DNA of 64,000 nucleotides from Utricularia gibba. Its lineage: Eukaryota; Plantae; Magnoliophyta. This document shows, in pieces, positions 46,802-60,007 of this stretch; the first letter of the stretch is position 1; each line of letters opens with the position of its first letter. A program made the translations under genes and the position numbers. The DNA is taken from contig NEEC01000009.1 in the NCBI GenBank assembly GCA_002189035.1, positions 1,054,001 through 1,118,000 on the forward strand, given 5' to 3'. The notes beneath the pieces were generated by a model. That model was given only the letters and a program-made list of their open reading frames with translations, was not told the origin of the DNA and made no database searches.

Positions 46802-47452
46802 CCCGGATCTGGGTTCGGAGTGGCTGTGCCCGAGCATCTGCAGTGCAGGGAAACCCCATAAACTCACAGAAACAAACAGACAAAAGCACCCGAATATGGC
46901 AGAAAGCAGAGCAGTTAATCCAGCAGAAGCATCAAATGAAATGAAACGGCAAGGTTTCGAAAGCGTACACTTACAGAGGCTCCCTGTGGCGGAGATGGAG
47001 GAAAGGGAACCTGCGAATGCGAAGAATGAGATGAAACTGCTGAAAGGAGGAGATGTTTCAACGCCACAAAATGCGCGTTTCCATTTCAATGTAATAAAAT
47101 CGTACCATGAATGAGGTATTTTCCACACACATTTTAAGTAATATTCTTTCTGAATTAAGTTTTATTTTTTAAATTTAATATTCTGAAAAAATATTAATAA
47201 TTATATGGTTGTATTTTAGAGTATTTTTTATTTATTTGATAAAAAAGGAAATGCGGCATTTTCTTTTTCAGAGCCCAAAAATAGGCGGAAAAAAGAGAGA
47301 GAAAATAGGGTTTTGTTTGGGAATGGGAGGGGTTTCAACGAATGGGGGGCGCTGTCAAGGTGGATTTTCTCCATCCCAGTCATCGATCTGTCTCGAGAAA
47401 ATCTTGAAGAATTGGGGGATTTGAGTTTGGCGATCCGGGCCGTTGAGGTCCG

Positions 47453-49347
47453 ATGGAGCTGATCCATCACTTTTTTGAACTCCAGCGCTCATTTCAGCGT
47501 AACAAAGTGGTGGAGAATGACGCCCCTTCGATCGAGGTGGCGGATGCTGGGAAACAGAGTGAGGATGATTCTCGCGATGACAAGGACTTGCGAGGTTCGA
47601 TTATGAGGGAGTTGCAAGATCTGGCTATCAAGAAGTCTGAAACTCAGACAGCCGATCAAGGAGTGAGTGCTGACGGCGTTTGGGGTTGGGATGATGATCC
47701 TAATGGGTGCAGAGGTGAAAATTATGGATACCAAAATGAGGGACGGTTGATAATCAGTGGAATGAGGGGGCGGGTGATAACCAGTGGAATGAGGGGGCGG
47801 GTGATAACCAGTGGAATGAGGTAAATACACCAAACGAATCTGGAGATCATGAATATAATGGAGAAGGAACCACATATCCGGTCAGGGAGGGCGCCCAGAA
47901 TTGCGCATTTTATATGAAGGCAGGGACTTGTAAATTTGGGTCGAGTTGCAGGTTTAATCATCCACCCAGAAAGAATCAGGTCCCTCCCTGTCAATCTAAA
48001 CCTTCATTTTACTCAAAAATGGAACAGAAACTTTACCCTGTCAATTTTTATGATTCTTCAGTTTGCTAATGAAGGGCGAAGGTACCGAGATAATCCGGAG
48101 AAGACAGGGGAAAAAGAGCTGTGCAAGGTTCTTCATTTCCCCCTCTAGATCGTGATATGTTTTTCGATTTGTCAAGCTGAATGTGTTTGCTGGAATCCTG
48201 AGATTTCCAAACATTTTCTTGCACTGTGTATATACTGAATTCTGCTGTTCCAGATTATAATTGCATACCTCCTTTTGTTATACATTGTCCTTTTTGCAGT
48301 TCTTCTCCAGGACAGGCTGGTGCAAACATGGGGAAGGATGCAGATACTCTCATGGTTCTGATAAAAGTGTTGCGCCACAGTCACAGATTACTGAGTTGAA
48401 CTCCTCTGGATATCCCATTCGCCCAGTTATAACCCTTTTCCGTTTCGCTAAGATTTTTCCAAGCGCCTGTGTGTGTTTCTTAACTGTTTTTTTTTATTAC
48501 CATTATCCTCAGATAGAAGCAGAGTGTGCATACTATATGAGTACTGGTTCATGCAAGTTTGGGATGAACTGCAAGTTCGATCATCCTGAGCTTGCCGCAG
48601 GAGCAAGAGGTTCCTCAGCATCCAGCAATAGCGCCCCTCAAGCAGCCCGCGTGAAACCAGAACTGGGAAGTAAGAAAGCCTTTGTTTGTTCCTTGATCAC
48701 CCATTGCTTATGTTTTTTAGCATGGCCATATTAATTAGAACTCCCCGTTTCTCCACCTGACCAAAACCAAGGTCAAACTAGTTCATCATCAGAGTGCACT
48801 GAGAAGAAGGTAATGTTTGCAAGATTCCATATGTATCCTAATGCATGAAGTTATCCCTACATTTAACTGATAAGCTGTTTTATCCCAATGCAGAAGCAAC
48901 ATAATACGTCAGTTGAGGAGTACCCTGAGCGTCCGGGTGAACCAGAGTGCAGCTTCTTCGTTAAAACGGGAGACTGCAAGTTCAAGTCTGCTTGCAAGTT
49001 TCATCATCCCAAGAACCTAACCTACAAGCCCAAGACGAAGAGGGATGCACCTTCCAGCAGTAACACCACCTTCAGGCCCCAGATGAATGCAGCAGGTGCA
49101 GATGCTCCTGCCCTCAACGACAAAGGCCTCCCCATTCGACCCGTAAGTTTGTTGCTGCCTCGTACATCCATAGCTAATACAAGAAACAGTTCTGTAAGTA
49201 CATAACATTCACATTCAAATCCGTTTCTGGTTCACTTTGCAGGGTCAACCGGTCTGCACACACTACTACCGGCATGGCATCTGCAAGTACGGGCTGAGCT
49301 GCACCTACGACCATTCCTTAACCTCCGACACCGCCTCCGGAGAATGA
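47453..49347 (+). CDS. Tandem CCCH zinc-finger protein (5 fingers, ZFN/C3H43-C3H67-like); apparent 1-nt deletion at 47740-47742
   Basis: [121 protein letters not shown]. Confidence 0.9.
47749..47820 (+). repeat. 27-bp coding minisatellite (about 2.7 copies) encoding DNQWNEGAG
   Basis: gataa(t/c)cagtggaatgagggggcgggt x2 followed by gataaccagtggaatgag. Confidence 0.95.
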
Positions 49348-49841
49348 AGATGGGCATGGAATGAAAGGTAGAGTCTCAAAGGCGCATGTTGCGCCAGTGT
49401 GGATGGTGCTGTGCTTTTGTTTTCCTCTTGTCAGATCTGTTGTTCCGTACTCCCAGTGATTTTGCATCTTCACCTCTGTAACAAGATATTATATTTCTGA
49501 AACTGAAATGCCGCTTGTCAACACCTGGCATGCAAACATACATGCATCAGCATACACTCATCCAACCATTGATTTTTTTGGATTCAATGCAATAATTTTT
49601 AAAAAAAATTAAAATTTTAAAAAATTAAATTAATTCAGAATCATGAATAAATAAAATAATGAATTGAATTCCATTTCAAGATATTATAAAAAAATGCAGT
49701 TCTCGGCTTGACTTGTTCATGGGGTAATAATAATAATGACTCATTTGGCAGTTGGGAGTTATTTATCTAACCATATGGTTATTTATAGGACGAAGATTGG
49801 AGGGGTGATACGAACCACAGAGCTCTGGTTTGCCTGCAACA

Positions 49842-50968
49842 ATGGCTGCAATCGCCAGGGTGGTTTTGTGGTTGCTCTTCCTTGTAGCGTCGTCTCCGGC
49901 GGCCGCCGAGCACAGGGGCGGCCTTTTAAGAAAGTTTACGCCTTCGGCGACTCGTATACAGATACCGGAAACACACGTACCTCCTCCGGTCCTCTCGTTT
50001 TCAACTACGTATCCAACCCTCCTTATGGACTTACGTACTTCCATCGCCCCACCAATCGGTACTCCGATGGCCGTATCGTCGTCGACTTCGTAGCCGAGCA
50101 CCTCTCCCTTCCCCTGCTGCCGCCGTACAGGGACTCCAGCGCCGATAGGGCGCACGGCATTTGTTTTGCCGTCGCCGGAGCCACCGCCATCAGGCACGGT
50201 TATTTTCTAGAGAATAATATTACCTTCAGCCTTGTTCCCGTGTCACTCGAAACGCAGCTCATGTGGTTCAATAGAACCTTGAAGAATTCCGATGGCTGTG
50301 ACGACTCAGTCACCACCCCTGAGGCATGTGAAGAGTCGCTCGGTGATGCTTTCATTTGGATCGGCGAAATGGGAGCCAATGACTACACTTCGGCCATCGG
50401 ATCTTCCATCGGAACTGCAACTATAAGATCCCTTGCTGTAGACAGCGTCGGCAGCTTCATACAGGCGCTGATCAACAAGGGAGCAAGGTACATAGCGGTT
50501 CAGGGTCTGCCGCCGGTGGGCTGCGTCACGTACTCTTTCTCCATCGCTTCGCCGGAGGACAGGGACGAGATGGGCTGCGTGGCGTCGGCGAACCGGAGGA
50601 TCAGGGTTCACAACGCCGCCACGAAGGCGTCTATCGTGGAGCTGAGAAGGCGGAATCCGGGAACCATGATCGTGTACGTCGACTTCTACAATGCCCACCT
50701 CGCTGTCCTGAAGAAGAGCAAGGGCTTCGGGTTCAAAGAGATGTATAAAGCCTGTTGCGGGTACGGCGGCGGGTACAACTTCGATGTTCTTAACGTCTGC
50801 GGGACGCCGTCGTCCACCGCCTGCTCCGCCCCGTCGGAATACATCAACTGGGATGGCGCACATTTTACAGAGGCCATGAACAGAGTACTAGCGGAATCGT
50901 TTCTCAACGGCTCCTTCTCAAGCCCGCGGTTCTCGGTTCTGATGGCGGAGAAACTCCGGTCCGGCTGA
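49842..50968 (+). CDS. GDSL esterase/lipase, intronless; apparent 1-nt deletion at 49915-49918
   Basis: Signal peptide MAAIARVVLWLLFLVASSPAAA lies in one frame; FGDSYTDTGN, GRIVVDF, GANDY and WDGAHFTE lie in the next. Confidence 0.92.
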
Positions 50969-51384
50969 TCCTGAGGAAAACAACATTCATGCTCCAAGTT
51001 GCAGAGTCAGCGTATTTCTGCTGTACCTGTTAGTCGTGTCAATAAATGTGCAGCTGTTGGAAGTTGCGATCCTTTTATGTCTTCATAAATGTTGGGGTGG
51101 TGGATTGCGATCTCTGGTTGCAAGTGTCGGCTTCTCAGTTTTTGATCATCATTCTTTCTTCAATTTCTCCGAGCAACTACGATCAATACGCATTTATTCG
51201 CTTCCAGCATTAGATGAACTAAACCTGCAACATCCACCAACTCGGTCTCCCCATTTATTAACGCAGCAAAAACGCGGAGACAACAGGGGACCAATCAAGA
51301 AAAGTCCTACCCCAAACTGTATTAATTTGAAGAGGATTCCCATGCAAAACAAGGCAGCATCGGAGACGGCGACATTCACTCATG

Positions 51385-52298
51385 TGGGTTAAGCTCGGGG
51401 TGGGGTGCACCGCCAAAGCTGCCACCAGATCCTCAACAGAAGCCAGGAGGGCTGCAAGCGCCGCGCAAATGCACAGTCTAGATTATAAAAGGGTATACAC
51501 AAGGGTACAAGTGAAAGACTAAGGTTCATATGATCCAACTTTCAACCATGTAAATCCCGAATGCGTAAACTTACCCTGAACGCAGGTTGGTGCGGCATCC
51601 ATCCCGAGGCCTGTCACCAAGAATCTTGGAGGTCCACTGTGAAAGAAATGAAAACCACTGTATGTAACATTAATGTTGGGAATCGCCACATGGAACACTA
51701 GATATTCGAGCAGAACGGAGGACTGTAGATAAACGAAAAATAAGTGGAAGAACAAACTATTACCATGGACGATCCTCAGGGGGTGAGGTCCATCCATTGG
51801 ACACCCGAGATGCCTGGAAAACCTTATCAGTCAGTAACGGGAACAATTTCCCATGGAAGGTTAAGGTATGTCCGGAGAAACTTGATTCCATCATTGGTTA
51901 AGTACCAATAGTAATGCATCCAAGGAAAACTCTCGCATGGATACTCCTTAAACATGAAGCTCTGCATCAGTGAATAGCTTGCAGATTTGGCACATCGATA
52001 TCTGGACGCTTCGCCAGGTCAAAGTCCTTCTTGCCATAGCAAACGCCCTCTAAAGTTACACAACCGCATATCAAATTTTCACAAGGTAAGATGGAGCAAA
52101 CACATACAACATTCCAAACCCGCACATTCATCATTACACAGCGTCGTAACAGAAAATCTCACCTGGAATGAGATACCTGGAGATCCCTCTCCTGTTCTTC
52201 TCAGCGATGATTTGAACCAATTAAAATTTCAGAAAATCAGCACACATCTCGTAAACGCGGAAAACGACAGGAAGCAAACGCAACGAAGAATTCACCAT
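51385..52298 (-). pseudogene. Tandem RPS10 pseudogene
   Basis: Collinear with the intact copy about 1.44 kb away; exon-2 acceptor CAG changed to CAA, frameshift and stops in exon 3 (AIH*, ...TD**), internal deletions in exon 4, degenerate last exon. Confidence 0.9.
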
Positions 52299-52690
52299 CG
52301 TTGCGGCGGACGCAAACGGAGAAGTCGCCGGAGAGAACCCCGATTTCCGACGACGTGGCCTTGCCTATAGTAGATCAGCCCGCTATGGACCCAAAACAGG
52401 CCCACATGCTCGTAAAACAATAAAACGCACGCATCCGTTTTTAACGGGCTGAATATGCCATCGGCCCAATTTATTTTTATTACGATAATAAAAATAAAAT
52501 ACTTTATTTTTGATATAATAATTTAAAAAGTTAATCACGTGACGTAGTGCAAAACGAACTTGGCAGCCAATCAAGCGAAGCATCAAAAAAGGTCCACGAA
52601 GTGTCTTAAGTAGAAAACAATTCAATTCGAAATGCCCATCCAAAGGAAGCACAGCATCCGAGAAGACGGCATGCACTGAGATTTATGAAG

Positions 52691-53740
52691 CTAACTTGGG
52701 GGTGGGCCGCCGAAGCTGCCGCCGGATCCTCGACCGAAGCCAGGACGACTGCCGGCTCCCTGAAATGCACAATTTGGAGATACAATCCGGGCATGAAGAA
52801 AAGCAACTACTACTGAACAAGGATATGGCCACGATAATCAAGTACTACTCACTCATGCTTGCCACAGTATGCACAAATGAGCAGGATATCAAATGATAAC
52901 AGTTTCAGGTAGTTAAATGCTAGAGTAGATTCGGGTCTAAAACTTACCCTGAATGCAGGCTGGTAATCGGCGGGTGCTCCACCCTTTTCACCACCGAATT
53001 CACCAGGTGGCCCTCTTGGACCGCCACGGTATCCATCCCGATCACCAAAACGAGGCCTGTCACCCTCGAATCTTGGAGGTCCACTGTGAGGGAAATGCAT
53101 GATTACGAATTGGGACTTGAGCAGAACGGAGTACCACAGCTAAGAAAAACATCAAAGCGGTCAGGAACAAATGGAATAGCGAAGTATTACCGCGGACGAT
53201 CGCCAGGGGGTCCACCCATTGGACGGCCGAGAGGTCTAGCAGACTTTTTGAGAGTGGCGGGGACAATCTCTGATGGAAGGTTAAGGTATGTGCGGAGAAA
53301 TTCGATGCCATCATTTGTCAAGTACCAATAGTAATGCATCCAAGCAAATGTCTCCCGCACATATTCTTTAGATTTGAAGCTCTGCATCAGCTTAATCACT
53401 TGCAGATTTGGCACATCGATTTCCGGGTGCTTCGCCAGGTTAAAGTCCTTCTTGGCATAGCAGACACCCTCTGGAAGTCACACAACCGCAAGCATTGCAT
53501 ATCAAATTTCCCAACGCCAGACGCAACAAGCACATACACCAGTTCAAACCCCCCTCATTCGTAATCACACAGCGTCGAAACAAAAAAAAAAAAAAAAAAA
53601 ACCTCACCTTGGAAGAGATACTTGGAGATCTCTCTCCTGTTCTTCTCAGGAATGATCTGAAACAATTAGATTTAAATAAACACATGCCTTATCAACGCAG
53701 AACAAAAAACCGGAAGCAAATGCAACGAAGATTTCACCAT
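52691..53740 (-). CDS. RPS10: 40S ribosomal protein eS10, 5 exons (first is the ATG only)
   Basis: [29 protein letters not shown]...[57 protein letters not shown]...GFGRG. Confidence 0.97.
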
Positions 53741-53794
53741 GGTGATAGCGGCAAACGGAGAAGTCGCCGGCGAAAGACGCTTGCTTCAAAACTT

Positions 53795-53960
53795 CAGCAA
53801 ACCCTAATTCCAACGCGTTGCACTTTGCTATTAATAGATAGCTCCAAATGGGCCTGAAACGAAAGCATCATTTTCGGCCCATTTAAAAGGTACGTCGGTA
53901 GGCTCAAAAGACACTCAATTCTCCATTAAGGCGGGCCAACATTTCATTGGGCCTTGTTTT
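53795..53960. promoter_or_regulatory. RPS10 promoter region (divergent with the NLR): telo-box and site II elements
   Basis: AAACCCTAA 53799-53807; TGGGCC 53849 and 53948; GGCCCA 53876. Confidence 0.65.
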
Positions 53961-54240
53961 CTTACCTGTCATAGGCCCTGAATGATAAAAATAAAATAAT
54001 AATTATTATTATTTGGACGAGGTCAGGTAAAAAAATTTGGCTTTTGTAGCTATCGAACATTTGACTTTTTCCGCCATCTTTTTGTAGTCAATGGTTCATG
54101 TGGAAGACACCTCATGCTTGATTCTGCGTGTCCAAAATGACTGTAGAAATCTCCAGTGTAAAACGAATATCACCTGCGATTTATATAGTCGACCGTAACA
54201 ACACTTGTGGGTGTTTCTTCCAGTGAGAGAAATCGGGCAT

Positions 54241-56838
54241 ATGGCGTACGCTGCTGTTGTTTCCTTGGCCCAGAAACTGGAGCAGATAAACGAAGATCCC
54301 AATCATCTGCTCCACAGCCAGGCTCAGAATCAGCCCTTACTCCGGCTCCATGAAAATGTTGTCGAGTTGCAAGCTATCATGGGGAGTTCCCCGGAAAAAA
54401 CTTGTGGGGTGGAAGCCCGGATCGCCCGTTGCGCGAATGAGGCAGAAGATGTCATCGACGGCTGCTTTTTCGATTATTGCTGGGAGACTCTGGAGCGAGA
54501 CCTGCACAAGTTGAAAAATGAAACGGATGCTATTCTGGAGGAGGTCATTAGGGTGAAAGGGGTGAACCTGAGGAGGTTGCGCAGGCGAATGAATGGCGTC
54601 ATCATGCCGGAGTTTCGCGGGTCATCTCAGTGGTAAACACCCCATCTTGGGATTCGATGGAGATATAAGAATGCTGCAAGAAAGAATCTATGGAGGGTCA
54701 TCTAATCTCCAAGTTATCCCAATTGTTGGAATGGGGCTCTGGTAAGACTACACTAGCTGCAGCTTTATATGAAAATAGGATGAGGAAGCGGCATTTTGAT
54801 GTCTGTGCTTGGATCACTGTTTCCCAAAGATATAACCTCCGGAGAGCACTTGCCCAACTGCTGGGTGACATCACAGGAACTGCACCGGAAGGAAATGAAA
54901 CAATCAATAATGAATCTCTAGGGGTAAGCATATACCAGGAATTGAAGCTACGGAGGTACTTGATAGTAATAGATGATATATGGAGTACAAAATTCTGGGA
55001 TGATATCAAAAGGATATTACCAGATGATGGTAATAGGAGCAGGATTTTATTGACTACCAGGCTTGAAGATATTGCTGCTTGTACTGTTGAGTCGAAAAGC
55101 TGTATTCACGAAATTCCCTTGCTGGACTTGGAGAGGAGTTGGTGTTTACTGAAGATGAAAGTTTTTGGTGAAAACCATCATCCTGTTGAACTGGAAGACA
55201 TTGGTAAAACGATAGTAAAGTACTGTGGAGGGTTACCTCTTGCTATTATAGTCGTCTCCGGGCTTCTGTTGAGTGTGGATCCAACCGAAGATTCATGGAG
55301 AAGGATAGCTGATAATGTGGGTGCAAGCATAACATCAAACAGTGGGCAAATTCTGGATATCCTGCGTTTAAGTTACAATCACTTACCTCATCACTTGAAG
55401 CCATGTTTCTTGCACATTGGAATCTTCCCTGAAGACAACAACATTCGTGTTTCTCGGCTCATCAGGCTGTGGGTGGCAGAGGGTTTCTGAAACCATTCAG
55501 ATCAAAAAGCTTAGAAGAGACAGCCTATCTGTACTTGGAGGATCTTGTTAGAAGAAACCTCATCTTTGTCTCACATAGAAGGTCGACTGGGCTGATCAGG
55601 GTGTGCCGGATTCATGACTTTGTGAGACATTTGTGCGTGAAAACAGCTCAACAAGAGCAGTTTCTGCATCATCTGAACGACAGCAATGAGGTCTCTCCAC
55701 ATGGATCAAGAATCCACGTCGCCTCAGTGTGTGCGCTGATGGTTTTGAGCATCACCCTGATTACTCTTCACTTCGAAGTATTTGGTACTTGCAGTGCCGG
55801 AGAGATATGCATGTGCCCTTGATGAGTTTCAGGTTGGTGAAAGTATTGGATGCACAAAGGATAGTGTTCAGCAGGTTCCCTATAGAAGTATGCAAGCTGT
55901 TCCATTTGAGGTACTTATCTTTCTCCCACAAGAACTCTTCGAGGTTCAAAATTCCTCCATGCATCGACAAACTTCAAAACCTTCAAGTTCTGACGATCAG
56001 CCCAACTTTCAACTTGTTTTCCTCCTCATACAGCAAACTTGTTCTTCCAATGAACATTTACAACATGCCAGAATTAAGGCATCTCAGTTTCAACGAGAAG
56101 GCTATCTTGCCTGAACCTGCATGTGAATCAAGTTCACCTCTGAAAAATCTTCAAACTCTGTATCAAATGGCAAACTTGAGGGTCTCAAAAGAGGTTCTAG
56201 AAGTGATTCCGAACTCAAAAAGCTTGGAATCTTTTACTCAGGAGATGAAGCATATTCAAGAAGCGATAGATATTACCTTGAAAACCTTGCTCACCTTTCG
56301 CATCTTGAATCCTTAAGCTTGGCATCAGAATGGGACAAATGGTTTCCGTTTTGGAGAAGATGATGCTACCCCAAGGTTTGAAAAAACTGAGTCTTACATT
56401 AACAAGAATACCGTGGACACGGATGGAAAAGTGATAGGATCATTGCCAAATCTTGAAGTGCTGAAACTGAGACAAAATGCCTGCACTGGACAGATATGGG
56501 AGACCAAAGAAGGTGATTTTACAAACCTAAAGGTGCTAGAATTGGATGATTCATTTCCAGATGTATGGATTAGTGACGACAGCAGCCATTTTCCAAGGCT
56601 TGAGAAGCTTTGCATGTACAACATTCGTAGGATGAGAGAGCTGCCCAGTTGCATTAGAGACATTGATACTTTACAGTTGATTGAAGTGGACAAAAGCAAT
56701 GCATACGTAGTTGAATGGGCTACAGAGTTGCAAGAAGAGAAACTTAGCCTTGGCAATGAACTTCTCCAGTTCCACATTCATACGTGGGCTGCATCAAATA
56801 AGTTCATGCGCAGGGTTGCCGTTCAGAGGCAATGTTGA
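54241..56838 (+). CDS. CC-NB-ARC-LRR resistance protein (R1A/R1B-like), broken into several frames in this assembly; intact versus pseudogene unresolved
   Basis: EDVID, GMG(G)SGKTTLA, YLIVIDDIW, SRILLTTR, CGGLPLAI, CFLHIGIFPED, IHD, LPNLEVLKL, FPRLEKL; about 8 indels needed to restore one frame. Confidence 0.9.
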
Positions 56839-57220
56839 TATCATACACACTGAGCTGATTCGGATGCGGAGCCGGAGGTATTATTGCATTTCTTGCAATT
56901 GAGACTGTGATACCATGAAATGTAAAATGAGGTTTGAGTTTTCAAAGATGAGGAAAAGTTTAGAATACCCTGAAAAATTCAGCTGTTATTTGCCATTATT
57001 CTTGATATGTTCCTAAAGAATAATAAGAAACTCTTCTTCATCCACTCATATCTGGAGTCACTTTTCTGTAGAGTGAAGTTTCAAGTACAAGATAAACCAG
57101 TGGCCAGTGAAATCAACTGCCAATTGCATTTAACTGGGGTTTAATAACTATGATGATCAACATTAGGCAGACACACTGCTGGGAAAAACAATGGCTCATA
57201 TACAACAATGAATCCGAACA

Positions 57221-59320
57221 TCACCAGTAATCCCCGCAGGAACAAGCACCCTCCTTGAAGCGGTGAAACCGGCTACCATCTCGGAAGATGATTTCACGTC
57301 GGCAAACCAAAGAAATCAGTTTTATGGCATCATGGCAGTCACCACAGATCCTGTGGTTCTGCACAAGCTGCAACGGTGTTGATGTCGGAGTACTGATAAG
57401 CCCAAATGCAATAGCCAATTTCTCACTATGCAGCGCTGGCCTGGAGTGTTCATCTTCATCCACATCAGGAAGCATATTTCCTACCTGGGAGATATTAGCG
57501 TACCCCAGTTCCTGGATTTGCACCATGACGTCATTTAGTTTGCCATATATAGCCTTCGTTTCAGGATGAGATTTGTCATTGGTGAAGAAGCAGTGCTGTT
57601 CCTTCTTTATTTCTATCCACGTACAAGCTTGTGACATCCTCAGGCCCTTCCTGCTCAATGTATGGAGAACTCTGGCTGCTTCGTCTAACTTACCAGCAGC
57701 GTTGTAGATATTCAATAGCACAACGTAGTTTGAGAGTTTCTCAGGTTCCATCCCATAAAGCTTCTCAGCTGCAAGTTTTCCAAGCACAAAGTTCTTATGT
57801 ATTCTACATGCTGTCAGCAATGCTGCCCACATATTTACTGTTGCCTCAAATGGAGCCTCTTGTATCAGTGCAAAGGCTTCATCAAGAAGCCCTTCTCGGC
57901 CCAACAGCTCCACCATGCATGTGTAGTGCATTGCCCGAGGTTTTATGCTGTACTTCTGACTCATGGATTTGAATATTTCCCACCCCTGGTCAGATAACCT
58001 AGAATTGCAACAGGCAGACAAAACAGCAAGAAATGTAACATGGCTTGGGGCTACACGCTCACGAATCATTCGTTCAAATAATTCAACTGCTTCCATTCCA
58101 CGACTACGTGTGCCGTATCCAAATATTAGCGAATTCCAGGCCAATACATTTTTCTTAGGCATCTTATCAAAAACATTTCGAGCTTCTTCAATCCTTCCCC
58201 ATTTGCTATAAAAAATCTACAAGAGCTGTGTTGGCAACAACGTCCGAAACAAAACCATTTCGCACTAAACCGGCATGAGCTTGTTTTCCATGCTCCAGTG
58301 ATCCTAATCTTGTGCATACACGTAATATTATCGAGTATGTGAAATGGTCCATTTCGACGCCAAGGCCCTGCATTTCATAGTACATGCTCAACGCCTCCTC
58401 ACTGTACCCATGAAGCGCATAACCAGCAATAATACTATTCCATCCTACTGTAGTTTTCTCTGGCATCAAATCGAAAACTAGCTTTGCACTCGCAAGGCTC
58501 CCGCATTTGCTGTACATATCAATCAATGAACAAGATACAAAGATGTCATGACTCACATCCATCTTTAGAGCAAACGCATGCAACTGCATTCCCTGGGATA
58601 TAAGGGATAAACCACTCGATGCTTTTACTGTCAACGCAACAGTTCTCGACCCAATTTCCAGGTCATGCTCCAGCATATTCAAAAACAATCTAAAAGCCTC
58701 AAAAAAGTCACCACAATCAACAAGACCCCGATCATAGTATTCCAAGAAACGAAGTTCCTCTCAGGCATATTATCGAACAGTTGGCGGGCATCGTTCATCA
58801 TGCCGCACTTCACATGCATACCCAATGCTTTGTTCATCATATAAATATCTAGATCAATTCCAGAATCAATCATATGATAGAAAACTCTCTTGACAGCTCT
58901 AGGAGATCTTAAGCCAATGCAAGCAGTCATCAATGCATCATAGGTACCAATGTTGATATCCACATTTCTCTCACATTCCAAAATCTCAAACACATCAAGA
59001 GCCTCCTTATACCTTCCGCTAGCAATCAGCTTCGCAATCTGCCCACAAAAATCTGTCCTTCTTACACGGGTTTCGTCAAAACAATCCCCTGCATCCTTCT
59101 CCTCCGTCCTCAGCACTTTCAGCAATGGACGCGGTTTCAAGCCCTGGTCCAAAAGAGAACACCAACATTGAGCTAAATGGGCTCTAGACTTGCTCTTTCT
59201 GAGTGAAAAATCCCCAAAAATGGGAAGTCTTGGGATGAAATTGATCCTCTGGAATTTCGCAAACGAATACGCAAATCTGTAGATACTCTGGATTTCCTCC
59301 AGTGCCAACGAGATATCCAT
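57221..59320 (-). CDS. DYW-class PPR protein, At5g50390-like, probably plastid-targeted; two apparent 1-nt indels
   Basis: DQGLKPRP, TYDALMTAC, HYTCMVELLGREG, HSEKLAIAFGLI, RICGDCH, DGSRFHRFKEGACSCGDYW; frame breaks at 58726-58729 and 58210-58215. Confidence 0.92.
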
Positions 59321-60007
59321 TTTTCTTCTCAAAGAAACGAATCAAGCTAAACACGGAATTCCAATACGATCATAACACAAAAGGAACCCCGACCCAAAAG
59401 ATACAAGATACAAAGCAATGGCGTTTATCCTCTTCAAAGAAACATGGATCATCATCCCAAGAGCAGCAGCAGAAGAATAAGAGATGAAAGAGAACTTTGA
59501 AAGATCCGCCCAGCAGTTCAACTAACCGGCATTTCCTAGGCAAAGCTCGCAGTGTTGAACTCTTGTGTGCTCGACAAATAACTTCTGAACTTTTCAATTT
59601 GACCTCTTTAAAATCTCATATTTCAGTTTGACCCCTATAAAAAGAACATGATTTTTTTAAATAGGTAATTATTATCATGTACCTCAAAATGCTTCAAAAT
59701 GATGGATTCAACATTATTTTAGATTTTCTAAAAATTAAAAACCATAAACTTTGACAAGAATTTTATTTTATAATAAATAAAATTAAAAAAATCTCATCTA
59801 AATCGAAAAATGAATATAGCATGTTTGTAAAACATTCTTCCACACAAAGGGAGATACAGTGTGTCCTCTACAGAAAGAGGCAGTTACCCTCTACATCTGA
59901 ACCGAACTACAAAACCTAATGGAGCAGCACAGCAGGACATTGACATGGATCCTGCTTCTGTATACAGTAAGCAATAAGCAGCAGCAGCAACGCCACTCTG
60001 ATGTGTT

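Noticed and set aside
47315-47385. miR482-like hairpin (GGAATGGGAGG)
   Set aside because: Pairing relies on many G-U pairs, no mature miR482/2118 sequence, and it lies in the CCCH gene leader.
47749-47820. CRISPR-like direct repeats
   Set aside because: Units are contiguous with no spacers, lie inside a eukaryotic exon, and no cas genes are present.
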